Shown piece by piece: positions 32,851 through 47,999 of a DNA stretch of 64,000 nt (position 1 is its first letter; every line of letters begins with the position of its first letter). Position numbers and translations under genes: made by a program. The DNA lies in the NCBI GenBank assembly GCA_964016885.1, contig OZ024747.1, forward strand, positions 36,828,001 to 36,892,000, given 5' to 3'. The DNA comes from Eledone cirrhosa (taxonomy: Eukaryota). The notes under the pieces are model-generated. The model was not told the DNA's origin. It saw only the letters and a program-made list of their open reading frames with translations, and searched no databases.

Positions 32851-33369
32851 GGAAATTACAAACGAGGGATATTCCCATCATCAGTTGTCTGATGGGAGTC
32901 ACGGACATTTCAATGCATTAAAGACAATATGTCTAGCTTCAGTGCGTCAATCACCATTGGAGGTTATTGGGGGAAAAGAAGAGAGAGAAAAAATACAACA
33001 GAAGGGGGAAAAGGATTGTAAATGGCGGAGAACATCCCGAAAAAGAAGGAAACACGAAAAGCACGTGTAAGTATATGAGTAACCGGGAGAGAGAGAGGGA
33101 GCAGAAATCAAAAAAACAGCTAGTGAACATAAGTCTGAGGCTTTTGTTCACGCTGAATTACAGAGAGCGAAGAAAACAGGTCTGAGTGGGAGAAAAGAGA
33201 CAGTTAGGAGATAAAACGGAAGTATTATGGGGAGCAGAGAGGAAAAAATAAATATATATATACATATATATATATATATGTATATATTTACTCTTTTTCT
33301 CTCTGCTCCCCATAATACTTCCGTTTTATCTCCTAATTGCCTCTTTTCGCCCACTCAGACCTGTTCTCT

Positions 33370-34020
<651 letters not shown>

Positions 34021-34100
34021 TATATATATATAATTGGTGCTGAATGCTTAAAGCGTCCGTATGCGGTAGGCCGTATGAGTACGCTATGCTCTCTTAAAGC

Positions 34101-34163
<63 letters not shown>

Positions 34164-34330
34164 TTTATATATATATATATATGTGTGTATATATACTAAA
34201 ACTTAGTCCAGAAATAGCCGCTCTACTGCCCTTAGTATTGAGTACTCTAGTACGCACTCTACTACCACCCTCAGTATTGAGTACTCTGGTCCGTTATGGT
34301 ACATCTGGTTCCTTACCACAACTCCTTCGT

Positions 34331-34402
<72 letters not shown>

Positions 34403-34413
34403 TATACATATCT

Positions 34414-35345
34414 TCAGGCGCTCACAGCCCTCGACCAGTCGGGCAATGCGGTCGGTGGAAACAACACCTCGGCGTTCTACAGAGGATTAGTGGAGGAGAA
34501 GAGCCACGACGTACTTGGTGAGACTCTGGGCGCCGACGAAAATCAACTAGCCAATCTCTTCGGGAGAATTTCGTGCCGGGACATATGGACAACTTCCAGA
34601 AACCCCTGGCCTGGCAGTACTACCGAGGAGATTTGCCAGTTCGGGATAAACTCTACAGGCACGGAAGTGCCATCAAACGGGCATGTCCGAGATACGCGCA
34701 GGGCGCCGAAACCCACCTGCACGCACTCTTCCAGTGTCCTAGCATTGCTGACTTGTGGGTTTATGTCAAACACCTGCTCTCGCGTGTAGGACGAATCCGG
34801 CTATCAGCTGAGTCCATCATGAGGATTGCCCCGCCCTCTTCCTTTAGCCGGGAAGGGCGGGCAATTTTTATCTGTCTGGTGGCCATGACGAAAGAGATAG
34901 TATGGTGGACACGTTTGAAAGGGCTGAAGAAGAGCACTTACCTCTTCGGTGATGCCCTGATTAACTTTTCCAAATTTCATTTGAAAAGGAAAATCAGGGT
35001 AGAGGGGGAAGTGCTCTCTTCCCAGCATTTTGTTGAAAGATGGGAGAGAGAGGCAAGAATACTCTGAGTATGTGCCAGTAAATTGAAGGTGGAAAACTGG
35101 CAGAGGGCACTTGCCCTGGTGGTCAGGATCACCGTGGTTTTTAATGGGCTTTTTCCACGATGGCCCTCGGAAGTTTCCCCACTATTGGGGAATTTTTCAT
35201 TGTTTCTTTTTTGTTACATCCTCTGGGGTTTTTTACACGTAGAAATGCCCATTTGTACCGTTCTGTATTTTCCTTAATGTTTTACTTTGTATCAACCCTT
35301 GCGGTTAATAAAGAAAGCATTACTATTATTATTATTATTATTATT
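34414..35345 (+). mobile_element. L1/Tx1-type LINE 3' end
   Basis: ORF 34573..35067 has CPRY...[11 protein letters not shown] (CCHC/zf-RVT-like), then AATAAA and an (ATT)n tail. Confidence 0.85.
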
Positions 35346-35479
35346 GGTCTAATCAGACGTCTTTTGCTCGCTCCCAGTAAGTCGCTTTATTTACCTGTTA
35401 TAATTATTTGTTGTTAAATTTTTCTTGTTGTGTAAGGGATATTAGCCCTTGGAGTTTGCCCTGTGAAGGGGAAAGTATA

Positions 35480-38400
35480 ATATTTGGGCCTTTTGGCCCA
35501 AATATTTGAACAATATTTGAACATTTTACTTTTGAAAATTTACAAAAAAACAAAAAAAAAACATGGCTGAACCGCTCCCAGCAGTATGTTTGCTGTCGTG
35601 TGACAATGGCGTAAAGTTTGAGAGGAGGTTAGTGAAATTCATACAGCAAACTCCACCACAAATAACATGAACAAAGACAACAACACTGAGAACACTAATT
35701 TTGAAAAAAATGACCACACCAAGTACAACAATAACAGCGACAACCAAAATACAGACAACGGGGAAAAATGACAACAAATGCAACAACGATATTAACACCA
35801 CTAACAAGAAAATAAACAACGACGACACCAACAGCAACAATACAAATTGCACCGAAAATAACAACAACGGTGGAACCAAATACACAAGCAACTATATCAG
35901 TGATAACAGCAACAACACCAACAACAAAACCAGTAGCAGCAGTAGCGGCAGCAATAATGGTGCCGCTGAAAAAGGAGACACTTCATCCGCAGGTGTGGTC
36001 CAAAATATAGAGACAGTGCTAGTCACAGAGGAGGAGATGGCAGTCGCAAGAGCCAAGGTGTCGAGAAACGACATTAGAGTTTCCCTGAAACCTCCACCCG
36101 ATTTCTTCAAAGACCAGCAGCTGCGCACGCTGACTTACCGCACCGTAAGCCAAATGTCACATCGGGTGGAGAGGGCCACAGAGTCTCAAATCCAAAAGGC
36201 CTTGGGGTGCGTCTGGGCGCGTAAAACCCACATCACCCGAGTCAAAAAGTACGCCACAGTAGAAGTACTTTTCGCCCCCCCCCCCCCCCAAGAGGCGAAG
36301 TCTCACTCTTTGGAAACCCTAAACAGTGAGGAGATAGTCTTGGTGCCCTCCTACTGCGGGAAGAAAATTGTGATGGTCAAAATGACCCAGGTCCCACCTG
36401 ACGTGCTCATACCTTGGCTAGCCGCGTCTTTACTGGCTGGAATCGAGGAGAAAACCACCATACTGCAAATACAGAGAATGGGAACGGAGAACTGGTCAGG
36501 AATAGGCATGCAAATGCTAATACAGACTGACCAGGAGTGCATCGAGGCCATGACTGACATCATAGACCTCTATGAAGGGCTCTAACTCATTATAAGCCTG
36601 GAAGGTGGGCGCCCAAAGTGCTATCTCTGTGGACAGAAGGGTCACCTCAGGGCCTTCTGCCCGTAGAAGACAGCCAAGAAAATACCCCCTCCCCCACTCC
36701 TTCCGATGCCTGATCCACTGCTACCTAGAGCAGGGCAGGTAACAGAGGCAGAAGACCCTTCCATGGTGAGTAGGAGGGCAATGTCCGTGGCACCCATACC
36801 AAGGCCACGGACAACTAAAGCAGCGGCAGCAGTGGCGGTAACACCAACAGTCGCATTAGCTACACCGGCGGCAAAACGCCGGAGCGGGCTACACTACTAC
36901 CACCAACAGCAGTGGAGCTCATACTCCTCCCGGACGTCGCGGTGTCTGACATGGGGTGTGAGGCGGGAGGGAAGTGGCAAACGGTCTGCCACAAAAAACA
37001 AAAAAGCAAAAACCCCTTAGCTTCACCTTCCAAAAGTGAAGACAAACAAAGAGGGGTAAAGGCCGCAAGGAGACTTGCAGCAACACAACCACTATCACCA
37101 TCACCACCACAAGCATCACCACAAACAACATCCACACCACCACCAGCATCACCAAAAACACCAACATCGCAAATACAACAAAATACTCACACCCAACAGT
37201 AACAACAACAAAAAAACGGTAACAAATCAATCCTCCTCGCCAAAAGTACACAGCCATAAACATGGCAAATAAAGAACACATACAACATATAAAGCAACAC
37301 ACAGACATCACAGGAAAAAAATTACTACACCCCACCAACACCAAGAACTCTCCCGACAAACATAAACATCTCATTGAAATCAAAATAGAACATTACAAAC
37401 TTTTAAAACAAAAATTCCCCAACGCAGTTGGAGACTTCAGGGAGTCGGTTACCAAGAGGTTATACACTGACATCATCTTGGAAACACCCATGATCAACCA
37501 AAGGGACGGTTCTACTGTCCCTTCACCACACAATCAAGGTAAGTGATCCTTTCTCACTTACCCAGTTTCTATTCCAGCATGGCCGTACTTAGAATAGGCA
37601 GTATAAATGTATGTGGCCTGGGGTCATATTTGAAGCAGGGTGACCTGCTCAACGAACGACCTCAGGTCACAAAACATAGATGCGGTGGCCATCAGCGAGA
37701 CCAGAATCTCTGAAGCACGAGCCTTTCGCACCGATCTTCGGCGGCTACGTTGTATGCGCATCACCCAGCCGTCCAGGATCGGGGGTGGAGTTGCTGTACT
37801 TTTTCGGAGAGGCTTGGATCTCGCCAGAATGTAAGTTGGTGGAGTTGGACGTGACCAGCAGAGACGGGCAAGCTTTCAGACTGGTAGCCGTATATGCTTT
37901 CAGACTGGTGGTCGAATGTGCCCTGACTGGGAGGTCGTGACCAGAGTTCTTCAAGCGTCTGGGGCCATTCCAGGGAACGTCTCGCTCCTTAGTGTTAGCG
38001 GGGGACTGGAATGGCATCTTAGATGCACGTTGGGACTTTGTAGGAGCTTGTGATAATAGAGGGGTGTGTAATAGCCTCAAAAATCTCATCAGCCAATTCC
38101 AACTGGCTGATAGATATCGACTAGACTTCCCAAGTGTACCACTGTGGACGCGGAGCAACCGCACTGGGTTTTCTAGATCGTATTTAGATAGATTTTTAAT
38201 TAGACAGAAGATAAGGAAACATGAAGCTGTCCACAAATGTACATGGTTGCCTATTCAGACCACAAATTAGTCACCTGCGTAGTCAACCTTGATAGAACAC
38301 ATAAACAGGGACCCGGATACTGGAAGCTAAACATGTCACTTCCGGCGCGTAAGGCCTACAGTAAACGGATTAGCACCTTAGTTAAGTGCCAGTTGACGGG

Positions 38401-39530
38401 GGCGATCGTCAACAACAGGTGGTGGACCTCTCTCAAGAGAGCAATTAGAATAGAATCGATAGCATTTAGCAAGGAAGTAGCTTTAGAATAAAACAAAACC
38501 GAAAAGGAACTGGTAGCTAAAGTAGAAGAGGCACTTAGGAATGGCAGTACAGCTGATGTGCTAGTGGCGAGAACGGCACTAGACCAGTTCTTCAACGTGA
38601 AAACACAAAGGTTGTATTGTCAGAAGTAGAACACGTGCTCTAAGAAACGAGGGAGCCAGAGCTGTTAGCTGGGCCCGAGTGGCAGAGCCGAAAACTGTGC
38701 ACGGCCTTCCAGCAGCATTTTGCACAACTGTTCGGGCAAAGCGGTACGTCAAGGGAGTACCACGACTCTCGAGCACGGATGCGGAGAGCTGCGAAAGGCC
38801 TAATATGCCCTAGGCCGCTGTGGGAAACGCAAATCACCCGGTTTAGATGGTCTACCCTATGAGTTTTACATAGGCATGCCAGACTTGTTCTCTGGCGTCC
38901 TCGAAGTGGTCTAATGCAACTGGCAGCAGAACGGCAGGATTCCCAGTTCTGTAGGCAGAGGCTTAGTAACGCTGATTAGGAAAGATGAGAACAAGGGGCA
39001 TGAGATAAGCAATTTCAGCCCATAACTCTGCTCAACACAGAGTTAAAGATTTTGGCCAAGTTGTTAGCAGCGCGGCTGGTGCTTGTCGTCGAGAACCTGG
39101 TAGGGGAAGCGCAAACGTGTGCAATCCCGACCAGGTCCATACACGACAACCTCCACCTCATGCGATACATCATAAAGAGAGTAGGGTGTAAACCTGGCTT
39201 CGGTGGGGCTCTGATCAATTTAGATCAGTCTAACGCATTTGATAGGGTCGACCATCAATACTTGGAAGCGGTTCTCAAGGCGGCCGGCTTCGGTCCCGTC
39301 TTCAGAAGCTGGATCGCTGCCATGCACACCAGCATCTGCTCGGCAGTCAAGGTTAATGGCCTCCTATCGGTGCCATTCCAAATCATGTGTTCCATCCGTC
39401 AGGAGTGCACTCTCTCCTCCATTCTATATGTACTGATTCTCGAGCCATTACTGCGGAAGCTGGAGCTGTTGCAGAGAATCCCGATCGAACCAGGACTGCG
39501 GAAAGCTGCGTCTGCCTATGACCCACGACT
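35480..39530 (+). mobile_element. L1/Tx1-type LINE, 5'-complete and 3'-truncated, decayed
   Basis: ORF1 remnant 35563-37546 with zinc knuckle CYLCGQKGHLRAFC (~36619). ORF2 starts at ATG 37579 with APE motifs (SINVCGL, AISET, LAGDWN, YLDRF, SDH, GPGYWKLN) and RT motifs (PGLDGLP, PITLLNTELKILAK, LDQSNAFDRVDH, RQ.C.LS). Confidence 0.92.
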
Positions 39531-41400
39531 GTAGCTCCGTTAGGGAGACGAGCTGTGGAAACATGCATCTAGCAAACAGCGACCACACCTGATCTCCGCC
39601 GGGGAAGAGGTGGATATTTCGAAGCCTGAGCACGTGTCTGCGCATCATCAACCATTGGATGCCCGGCCGTCCACGTAGCGGGTGTTGATAGCAGATGAAC
39701 CACCTGACCAACGGAACGCGTCCCTTCCACAAAAAGCAAAAGAGCTAACGCTCCAGCGCAGTCAGGCGAGGCTTAGGACTAGGCATGTCGGTCAGGCAGT
39801 AGTAGATGACTGACGCGATGTACGCATTCGCCACCTGCGCTCGACCTTTTAGGGATAGCTTCTTTTCTACCCATTTCTGGGTTAAAGAAGCCACCCTGCT
39901 CGTCACCTCGTCCCTGTTTTTGTCCGTCTGGAGGTCTGGACCAAACCAGACCCCTAGCAATTTAACCGGTCCGTCCGTCCATCGCCCGACAACGCTGTTG
40001 GACGGCAGGGACCAGTCTCTCCAGGTGCCGAGCTACAGGCCCACCGACTTTTCCTGGTTGATCATTGTTCCTTTCACTGCCTCGTATTCTCTTAGTATAG
40101 TGCCGATCGCCTCGATGTGTTTGGCGTTCGACACCACTACGGTGACACCGTCTGCATTGCTGACACGGATCTTCCGCATCCCATTTCGCGCAGGACCCCT
40201 CTCATCGCCTCCAGTTTGTGCAGTAATGGCTCGAGAGTCAATACGTACAGCAGGGACGAGAGGGGGCATCCTTAGCGGACCTAGCGCATGATGTTGAACG
40301 GTTCCGAAAGGTGACCATTCACTCTCACCGCAGAGCAGATGTCGCTGTGCATGGCAGCGATCCAGCCTCTGAAGACGGGCCCAAAATCAGCCGCCCTCAG
40401 GACAGCCGCCAGATAACGATTGTCGACGATCTAAATTGATCAAGGACCCACCCGGGCCAGGTTTCCTAGCTACCCTCTCCACGATGTATCGCATGAAGTG
40501 GAGGTTGTCGTGGATGGATCTGTCTGGAATGGCGCGTGTCTGCGCCTCTCCCACCAGACCACCAACGAAAAGCGCCAACCTCTTTGCTAGCACCTTGGCC
40601 AACATTTTGAACTCTGTGATTAGCAGAGTTATGGGTCTGAAATTATCTAAGTTACCCCCCCCCCCTCCTTGTTCGGATCGTTTTTCAGCAGCGCCACCAC
40701 TCCTCCGCTCACAGAAATTCTCCCGTTCTGTTGCCAGTTGCAGTAGACGTCCGCCAAGAGGTCTCCGAACACATCTGGCATGTGTACGTAAAGTTCATAG
40801 GGCAGACCATCCAAACCAGGCGATTTACCCCTAGTGCAACCAGTCATTACCTACCGTACTTCAGCGGCTATTATCGGCTTTTCGTAACACTCCGCCTCAG
40901 TGGCCGAGAGCCGCGGCAGTCCGTCGAGTTAGGCACTAAAGTCCATCGTGCGTCCGGCCCGCCACTGCCCACGAACAGCTGGGCGAAGTGTCCCTGAAAA
41001 GCTTCACACATTTGCTCGGGATAGAGTAGCATGCTCCCGTTGTGGTCCACCAAATACCGGATCGTGGCTTTGTTGCCACGACTCGCCTCCCCCACTCGGG
41101 CCCATTGAACGGCTTCGTCCCCTCGTGTCTGAGAGCACGCACCATAGCTCTGACAACGCAGCCTTCGTGCTTTGCATTTCGCCGCAAACACGTCGGTCGC
41201 AATGCTTTTACTAGCGCCTCGCCTAATTTTCTAACTAGTTCTCCCTCTGCTCTATTTTTCTCTATTGCTAACGTCTTACTAAACCTAATGGACTCTATTC
41301 TAATCCCTCTTTTTAGAACAAACCACCATTTGTTGTTGACGATGGCCCTCGTCAAGGCTCGCTTAACTAGTTCGCTAATCCGATCTCTGTAGGCCTTTTT
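39531..41400 (-). mobile_element. L1/Tx1-type LINE ORF2 fragment, opposite strand
   Basis: ORFs 40936-41547, 40647-40847 (KSPGLDGLPYE), 40387-40605, 40033-40269 (NADGVT, INQEKS) and 39745-39960 (LGVWFGP...LSLKGR). Confidence 0.9.
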
Positions 41401-41879
41401 TGTTTGATAAATATAAAGTTTAAATTTAGGGCTCAAAGCCACAATATTATTGAGTGTCCTTTTCAGAAAGCAATATATGTGAACTAATAAACACTTAACA
41501 AGAAAACTTTTCCATAACTGGCAATTTGAAAAAACTGAAAACAACAAAGCTTTGTGGAGCTCACGATAAAACGATTTCCTACGTAGGTCGCCAATAATAA
41601 CACTATTAATAATTGTTAATTAATGCAATCGTGCGTGATGAATATTTTTAAAGTGAGGAAAGACTGTGCACTGAGTCAATTCCACTCTCTGAGCGACAGT
41701 AGCTATAACCCGAAAAGAAGAAAAGATCAACATCATCGGTAACTACTATACAGTATGCAGTTATGTTATAATAAACTACCTGTCAAGATTATTGTCAATG
41801 TGTTGAAACCCAGTGTGTTACGGCGACGAATCTTCTAGTTGATTCGTTCAACAGAACATTATGATCATAGAATTTAGAT

Positions 41880-42060
41880 ACAAGTAGCTTAGCCGGATTT
41901 GCAGGACATTGCTGGAGAAGTAAGCAAGATGATGTATACAAAACTACTCTTGCGGGAACTATTTACCGAGAGACGAAATAGAGGAAGGCCTTATCGAACC
42001 TTCATCGATCAACTCTCAGACGATACAAATCTCAGTGTAAAGCCGTTGCCAGGAGCATTG
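41880..42060 (+). mobile_element. RTE-type LINE C-terminal fragment
   Basis: FAGHCWRS followed by RRNRGRPYRTFIDQLSDDT across a frameshift. Confidence 0.65.
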
Positions 42061-42274
42061 TATATATATATTTCTTTTTTTTTTTAGGTTTTTTGGTTCA
42101 CCACTGGATAGAACTAGTCATTCCGTATGGTCAACTTCGATGTAATATTATGGAGACCGCTTAACGTAATGCAACTCACCCGTCTTCATTAGTGTAATTG
42201 GTGGTGCGAGTACGGAGTTAATTATTATAAAATAACAGGAGGCTGGACTGGTGTAATTCCTTAAAAGGCTTATT

Positions 42275-42332
42275 ATACTATAATCGTTTCAATGACCGGG
42301 TTCAGTATGAATCCGGTGACATCATCAGGTAT
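42275..42332 (-). ncRNA. Type I hammerhead ribozyme
   Basis: Reverse complement: atac CTGATGA ..accggattca-tac-tgaacccggt.. GAAA cgatta TA gtat. Stem III is mutated. Confidence 0.7.
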
Positions 42333-42905
42333 TCGAAATATAACACGACAAAATCCATGGGGCTGAAATTCAGAGATATGAGGGCGACCGAACATTTAGC
42401 AGCTTCTACCCGGGTCGGCCGCCCTCATATATATATATGTCTAATGGTAGCTAATATGCTTCCATAGGGAGTATGCCGGTTGAGCACTCCTCTTTCTCGG
42501 AAACAGGATATGTTCCGAGGAACATGCGAATCCAGAATCAGGTCGATCCACTCACAGATCGCACCTCGAGCTGTTCGCCGGGGAAACAATTGTAACACAC
42601 AATAAATTGAGTTCCGATGCATCACTGATTTTTCGTTTTCCATTCTATATATATATATATGATGAAGGATTCCAACCGTGACTAACTCCACTGAAAAGTT
42701 TCGTGAAATAGTATTTTTATGACTATATAGAGCATTTGTAGATTTTTCCAAATTGAAGGATAAGTATTTACTCTTAATTTTATTCTGAGTTAAGATTCTA
42801 TTGGTTTTTTCCCTGGATTACACAAAATCTGTGGATAAATCTGTGGATAAAATTTCTGTTATGAATTACTGTTGGCTTCTTGCTCACATTCATTTCTCTA
42901 TTTTC

Positions 42906-42937
<32 letters not shown>

Positions 42938-43229
42938 ATGATGATTTAGTTTTAAAGAATAAAACGTAATGATAAAATAAAAACATGTTTTAAGGAATAA
43001 GTCCCCTGTGGATGTGTTGCTCTATGCTATAGCTTATTTAGCTTATAGGTAAGTCCAATACTGTCGGGCCCACCAGTCTCTCAACAAGAAAACGCAATAA
43101 AATACAAAAATACAAATATACCTTGACAAGGAAATTTGCATATCTCTCAATAAGAAAAAGCGACTTAAATATACCACATCTCGTTAAATATAATAATTCC
43201 ATCGATTGTTTTACTAAAATGTTTCTTAC

Positions 43230-43423
43230 TCTCTCAGGATGACAGACAAAGTTGACCTATACGAGAGTGGAGGTAGTCGGGACAAATTCCACAGTGCATT
43301 CATAGATTTTACTAATTTTGCTAAAGAGCCGTTGATATATATTACGGGAAATTGAGCAGAACAGTGTATGTGTGTCTGAATGAGTTTGAGCGTGTGATCT
43401 ACCAGATTTGATTCCAAAATTGT
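43230..43423 (-). CDS. Possible host-gene exon (unassigned)
   Basis: Non-repetitive open frame bounded by cag acceptor and GTAAGA donor. No recognised domain. Confidence 0.25.
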
Positions 43424-43575
43424 CTGACAATTTAGTCAGGACTTTGACTTAATAAAATCATTGATATATATCAACTGTTTATTACGAATATGAAACTGAT
43501 TGAATATATATATATATATATATATATACATATGTATGTATGTTTGATTTTGCGTCCGTATGTGTACATGGAGGG

Positions 43576-43704
<129 letters not shown>

Positions 43705-44075
43705 ATTCATGCATATACACTCACACACACTTGCTTTCACATATATATCGAGAGATAAATGCGCTTTTATGTTTATAAATAAGCAAAGAACGGTCGCCAT
43801 AGAGTATGACTGATTAATTTAATTTCAGTTACAGCTGAAACAACACAAAGAAAATATAGAACCTTTTCAAATTCAGACGTAGATCTCGACTAGATGGTCC
43901 CAAGTTAAATTTATATCAGAAGCCAAATTACACATAGTCTTTCACTGTAATCATACATCCATATATATATATACATACATACACACATATATGCATAATG
44001 TATATATACACACATGTATATATACACACATGTATATATACACACATGTATATATACACGCATAATGTATATATG

Positions 44076-44185
<110 letters not shown>

Positions 44186-44709
44186 AGTTAGTGTGTGTGT
44201 AAATGTACGTATATGTGTGTATGTGTGTGGTATGATTGTATGTATGAAATTCGATATGTAATCAAACAGATGAACAGATATGTATGTGAGTATCTAGGTA
44301 TGAAATTTGTAATGTAGCCAAACGAATAATCATATATACGCATATGTGAATGTGTGTATATATTATTTATTTTACGCACGTATGTGTATACGTGTAATGG
44401 AGTTTGACTGTTTCTGTCATATATTAGACTTAACAATATTGAGAATCTTCTATCTTAAATCAGTACTATTGCATCCTTTTCAAATTATCTTAACTTCATC
44501 ACACACTCTCCTACCAATACGAAATCCCAATTCATGTGGTTAGCAGATTGTGAAGCATCTAATCCTTATTCAATTGATAAGAATCATTGAGTTTGATATT
44601 TCAAGTATATCGTTATGTGACAAATGTCTTGTCCCAGTATTTATCTATCTATTAAAATACACACACGCACATACACATACATTCACAAACACATACAGAG
44701 AGAGAGAGA

Positions 44710-44769
<60 letters not shown>

Positions 44770-45112
44770 AGACAGCAAGCAATACGAACTCGTGCACATA
44801 CATACACATTTCTGTCTAACAATATCTGTGTCTCTACGCATGCCAATTCTGTAACTGTAAGTATGAATATGTGTCTGCATCTATATATGTATGTAAACAT
44901 GTGTGTATGTATGTGTATGTATATATGGATGTGTATGTATATATATTTGTATGTATGTATGGATGTATGTATGTTCTTCTGGATTTATCATTTCATACAT
45001 TTTCACCAATAGAGAGAGATCCAGTTTCCTACATCGAAACACGATACTTTCATTGGAATATAGACAACATCAACTGGCCATTACCGTTCAATGAATCATA
45101 GTTTCTCAAGAT

Positions 45113-45284
45113 TTATACTAATGCAGTTAGTAACATATCCCAGAGCCCCAATGATCTCAGGTACAAATCTAATGGTATAGTCAGGGTGGGATATCTGTTG
45201 ATCTTGTCTACCGTTGCTAGCCAACAATACTCTGGGTAGTATAGAGAGTTAGCTGTGACAAATGAGCGATTAACAGCAAAATAT
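45113..45284 (-). CDS. Possible host-gene exon (unassigned)
   Basis: Acceptor ttattttacttcag, single open frame YFAVNRSF...LWDMLLTALV. Phase-compatible with the 55604 donor. Confidence 0.35.
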
Positions 45285-46484
45285 CTGAAGTAAAATAATT
45301 TTAGCCGTAACAAACTAGATACAATGGAAGCTTATCCTTTATATTAGGAGTATACTTTTTATAAACAAAGAATTATCCAAACCCAAGGGGCCTGTTATTT
45401 TCATGAAGATATTCAATCCTTTAAGTCATTATTTTTTAATAATTCATCGATGATGTAAGTGACAAAGAAACAAAATTCTTCCGAACGTACTCGAGTTGAA
45501 TAAATTATTGGTTTTGTTTTGTTCTTAGATCACCAAATTTCAGCATGATTTCATTCCTTTGTATTATCCGAAACATTTAGACGAGTAGAAAAGGTGTTTG
45601 GAAGAAATACGTTATATTACTGCTACTTATTTTATCGCCACCATATGTTTCAAATAGAAATTTAATCATGTTGAAATATTAGAGGAAGGATATTTACTAA
45701 TATCCATCTTTTAAGATGATGCTTCTTTGTGTCTCGGCAATACAATTCTTCATTTATAAACTTTTTTTTAAATTGCGAAGAAAATTTGATATTCAATAAA
45801 TTTCTTGTTTTTAAGAAGTTCTCCAAAGTTTTATGTTGATTTATTATGATAGAGTAGATAACTTTCGAACTTTGGCTATTTCGCTTATAGAACCAATATA
45901 TTATAAAACCAAAGGAAAAATACCTTGCATTTCTTCACCCCTACCCCTCTCTCTCTCTCTCACCTCACTTTTTTCTCTCTTCTCAGTCGTTACACTATAT
46001 ATATATATGTATGTGTGTATGTATATATATATATATCATATTTCATAGGGTTCTCCGAATCATAAGTATATACACTTTCTGTTATCAGTTCTATTTATAA
46101 GATATATTCTTACATATTATTGTTACACAAGATATCATAATACTGTTATAATTTTCTTTTATATATATATATATATATATATAAATTGAAACAAAATGAA
46201 AACGAAATTTCATTTCTCACTCTTAGTATGGCACTTACTTAAACGTAAGTATGCATGTATACGTACATACATATATGTATACAGACGTACAGTAGCATGC
46301 ACATATATATATATATATACATATATATATACATATGCATACAGGTACACATACATATATGCACGTATCAGTTTAGCGGCGCTAACGTCGCTTTGTTCGT
46401 TTGTAAACAAACTGAACAGCCTGAATTTATGCCATACGGTGTTAAGGCAACCACGTCACCTTTTTGTTCAACACTGACACAGGA

Positions 46485-46527
46485 ACGATGTACTAGTTTC
46501 AAGCTTGTTAGCTATCATCAGCACCGT
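46485..46527 (-). ncRNA. Minimal type I hammerhead ribozyme
   Basis: Mirror of 46603-46645. Confidence 0.87.
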
Positions 46528-46602
46528 TTACCCATCTGCTAGATAGTTGAACATAAGGAAAGTATATACTTTCGAACGTTCAACTATCTAGCAGATGGGT
46601 AA

Positions 46603-46645
46603 ACGGTGCTGATGATAGCTAACAAGCTTGAAACTAGTACATCGT
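46603..46645 (+). ncRNA. Minimal type I hammerhead ribozyme
   Basis: acggtg CTGATGA t agct-aaca-agct t GAAA ctag TA catcgt. Confidence 0.87.
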
Positions 46646-46882
46646 TCCTGTGTCAGTGTTGAACAAAAAGGTGACGTGGTTGCCTTAACACCGTATGGCA
46701 TAAATTCAGGCTGTTCAGTTTGTTTACAAACGAACAAAGCGACGTTAGCGCCGCTAAACTGATACGTGCATATATGTATGTGTACCTGTATGCATATGTA
46801 TATATATATGTATATATATATATATATGTGCATGCTACTGTACGTCTGTATACATATATGTATGTACGTATACATGCATACT

Positions 46883-46962
<80 letters not shown>

Positions 46963-47999
46963 GAGAGGGGAGAGAGAGAGAGCATATTTGTAATTATATT
47001 TGTTTATACATAAATTTATGAGAGAATCAATTGACCAAATCGATAGGTTGTTAGATCATAAACCAATTGTTAATCAGATTATATTGCATCATTGCATCTA
47101 TGATGACAATAGGCAATACATATATAAGACGCTTTTTGTGTTCTTCAAATTACAAATATTTATTATAATATAGATTTGCTTGCAATATAATGACCACTAC
47201 TGTATAACTTGTTTATTTTTTCATCAGCTTTGAAAACAGTTTTCATTTTCACCTTCATTAGATACTTATTTCACTATGTCTCGCTAAAGATATGATAGTT
47301 ATTCCTCAATATGACCACAATTATCCCTAGTACAATATGTTATTATGTACTTAATGATAATATTCTTGTATGTTTCTTTAACTTATACGGTTGTTCAGTC
47401 CTAAAGAATAATTTCAACAAACGTTGAGAGGAAAATATCAAACAATTGTTTGCAGTTGAATTATGTAACTTGGTAGGATAGTAGTTGAGGTCTATTGTAG
47501 TATATTTATAATTGAAACTTAAAAGATATATTTAGAGAAAGAACCAGTTACACATTATTTGAGAAACATAGTATTGTGTACACAAATACAAATGATATTC
47601 AGGAATAAATACATGCTTTAAGGGGGGGGGGGGGAATATTTTCCTTACATTACTGTTTCAGAGTTCAAATGACCAGGGAAAAGCAAAAGCGATCTGATCA
47701 ATCGACTATCGAATACCAACTACGATTCCAATGAAGCCAAGGAAAGAGAAGAGAACATTGTGAGAAAGAGAGTATAGATACAGTGAGTTTCTTCAATCGT
47801 TTAGTAGTCTAATAGATTTCTAATCAAACTGTATACAATTATGTTTTTGAATATATATATAAATATATATAACAGAAAAAACCGAGGAAGTTTCGTTTGC
47901 ATATGAAAAATATTTATTGCAAGATAAATATAGAGATAATATAGAGAACGAGGGAGAGAGAGAGAGATAGAGGGGGGGGGGGATACTTCAAATTGATCA

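Larger units (their letters stand above)
46245..46885. repeat. 308-bp apparently perfect inverted repeat (25-nt spacer) of the 431-nt HHR family
   Basis: Arms 46245-46552 and 46578-46885. ORFs 46255..46542(+) and 46588..46875(-) are identical and symmetric. Confidence 0.95.
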
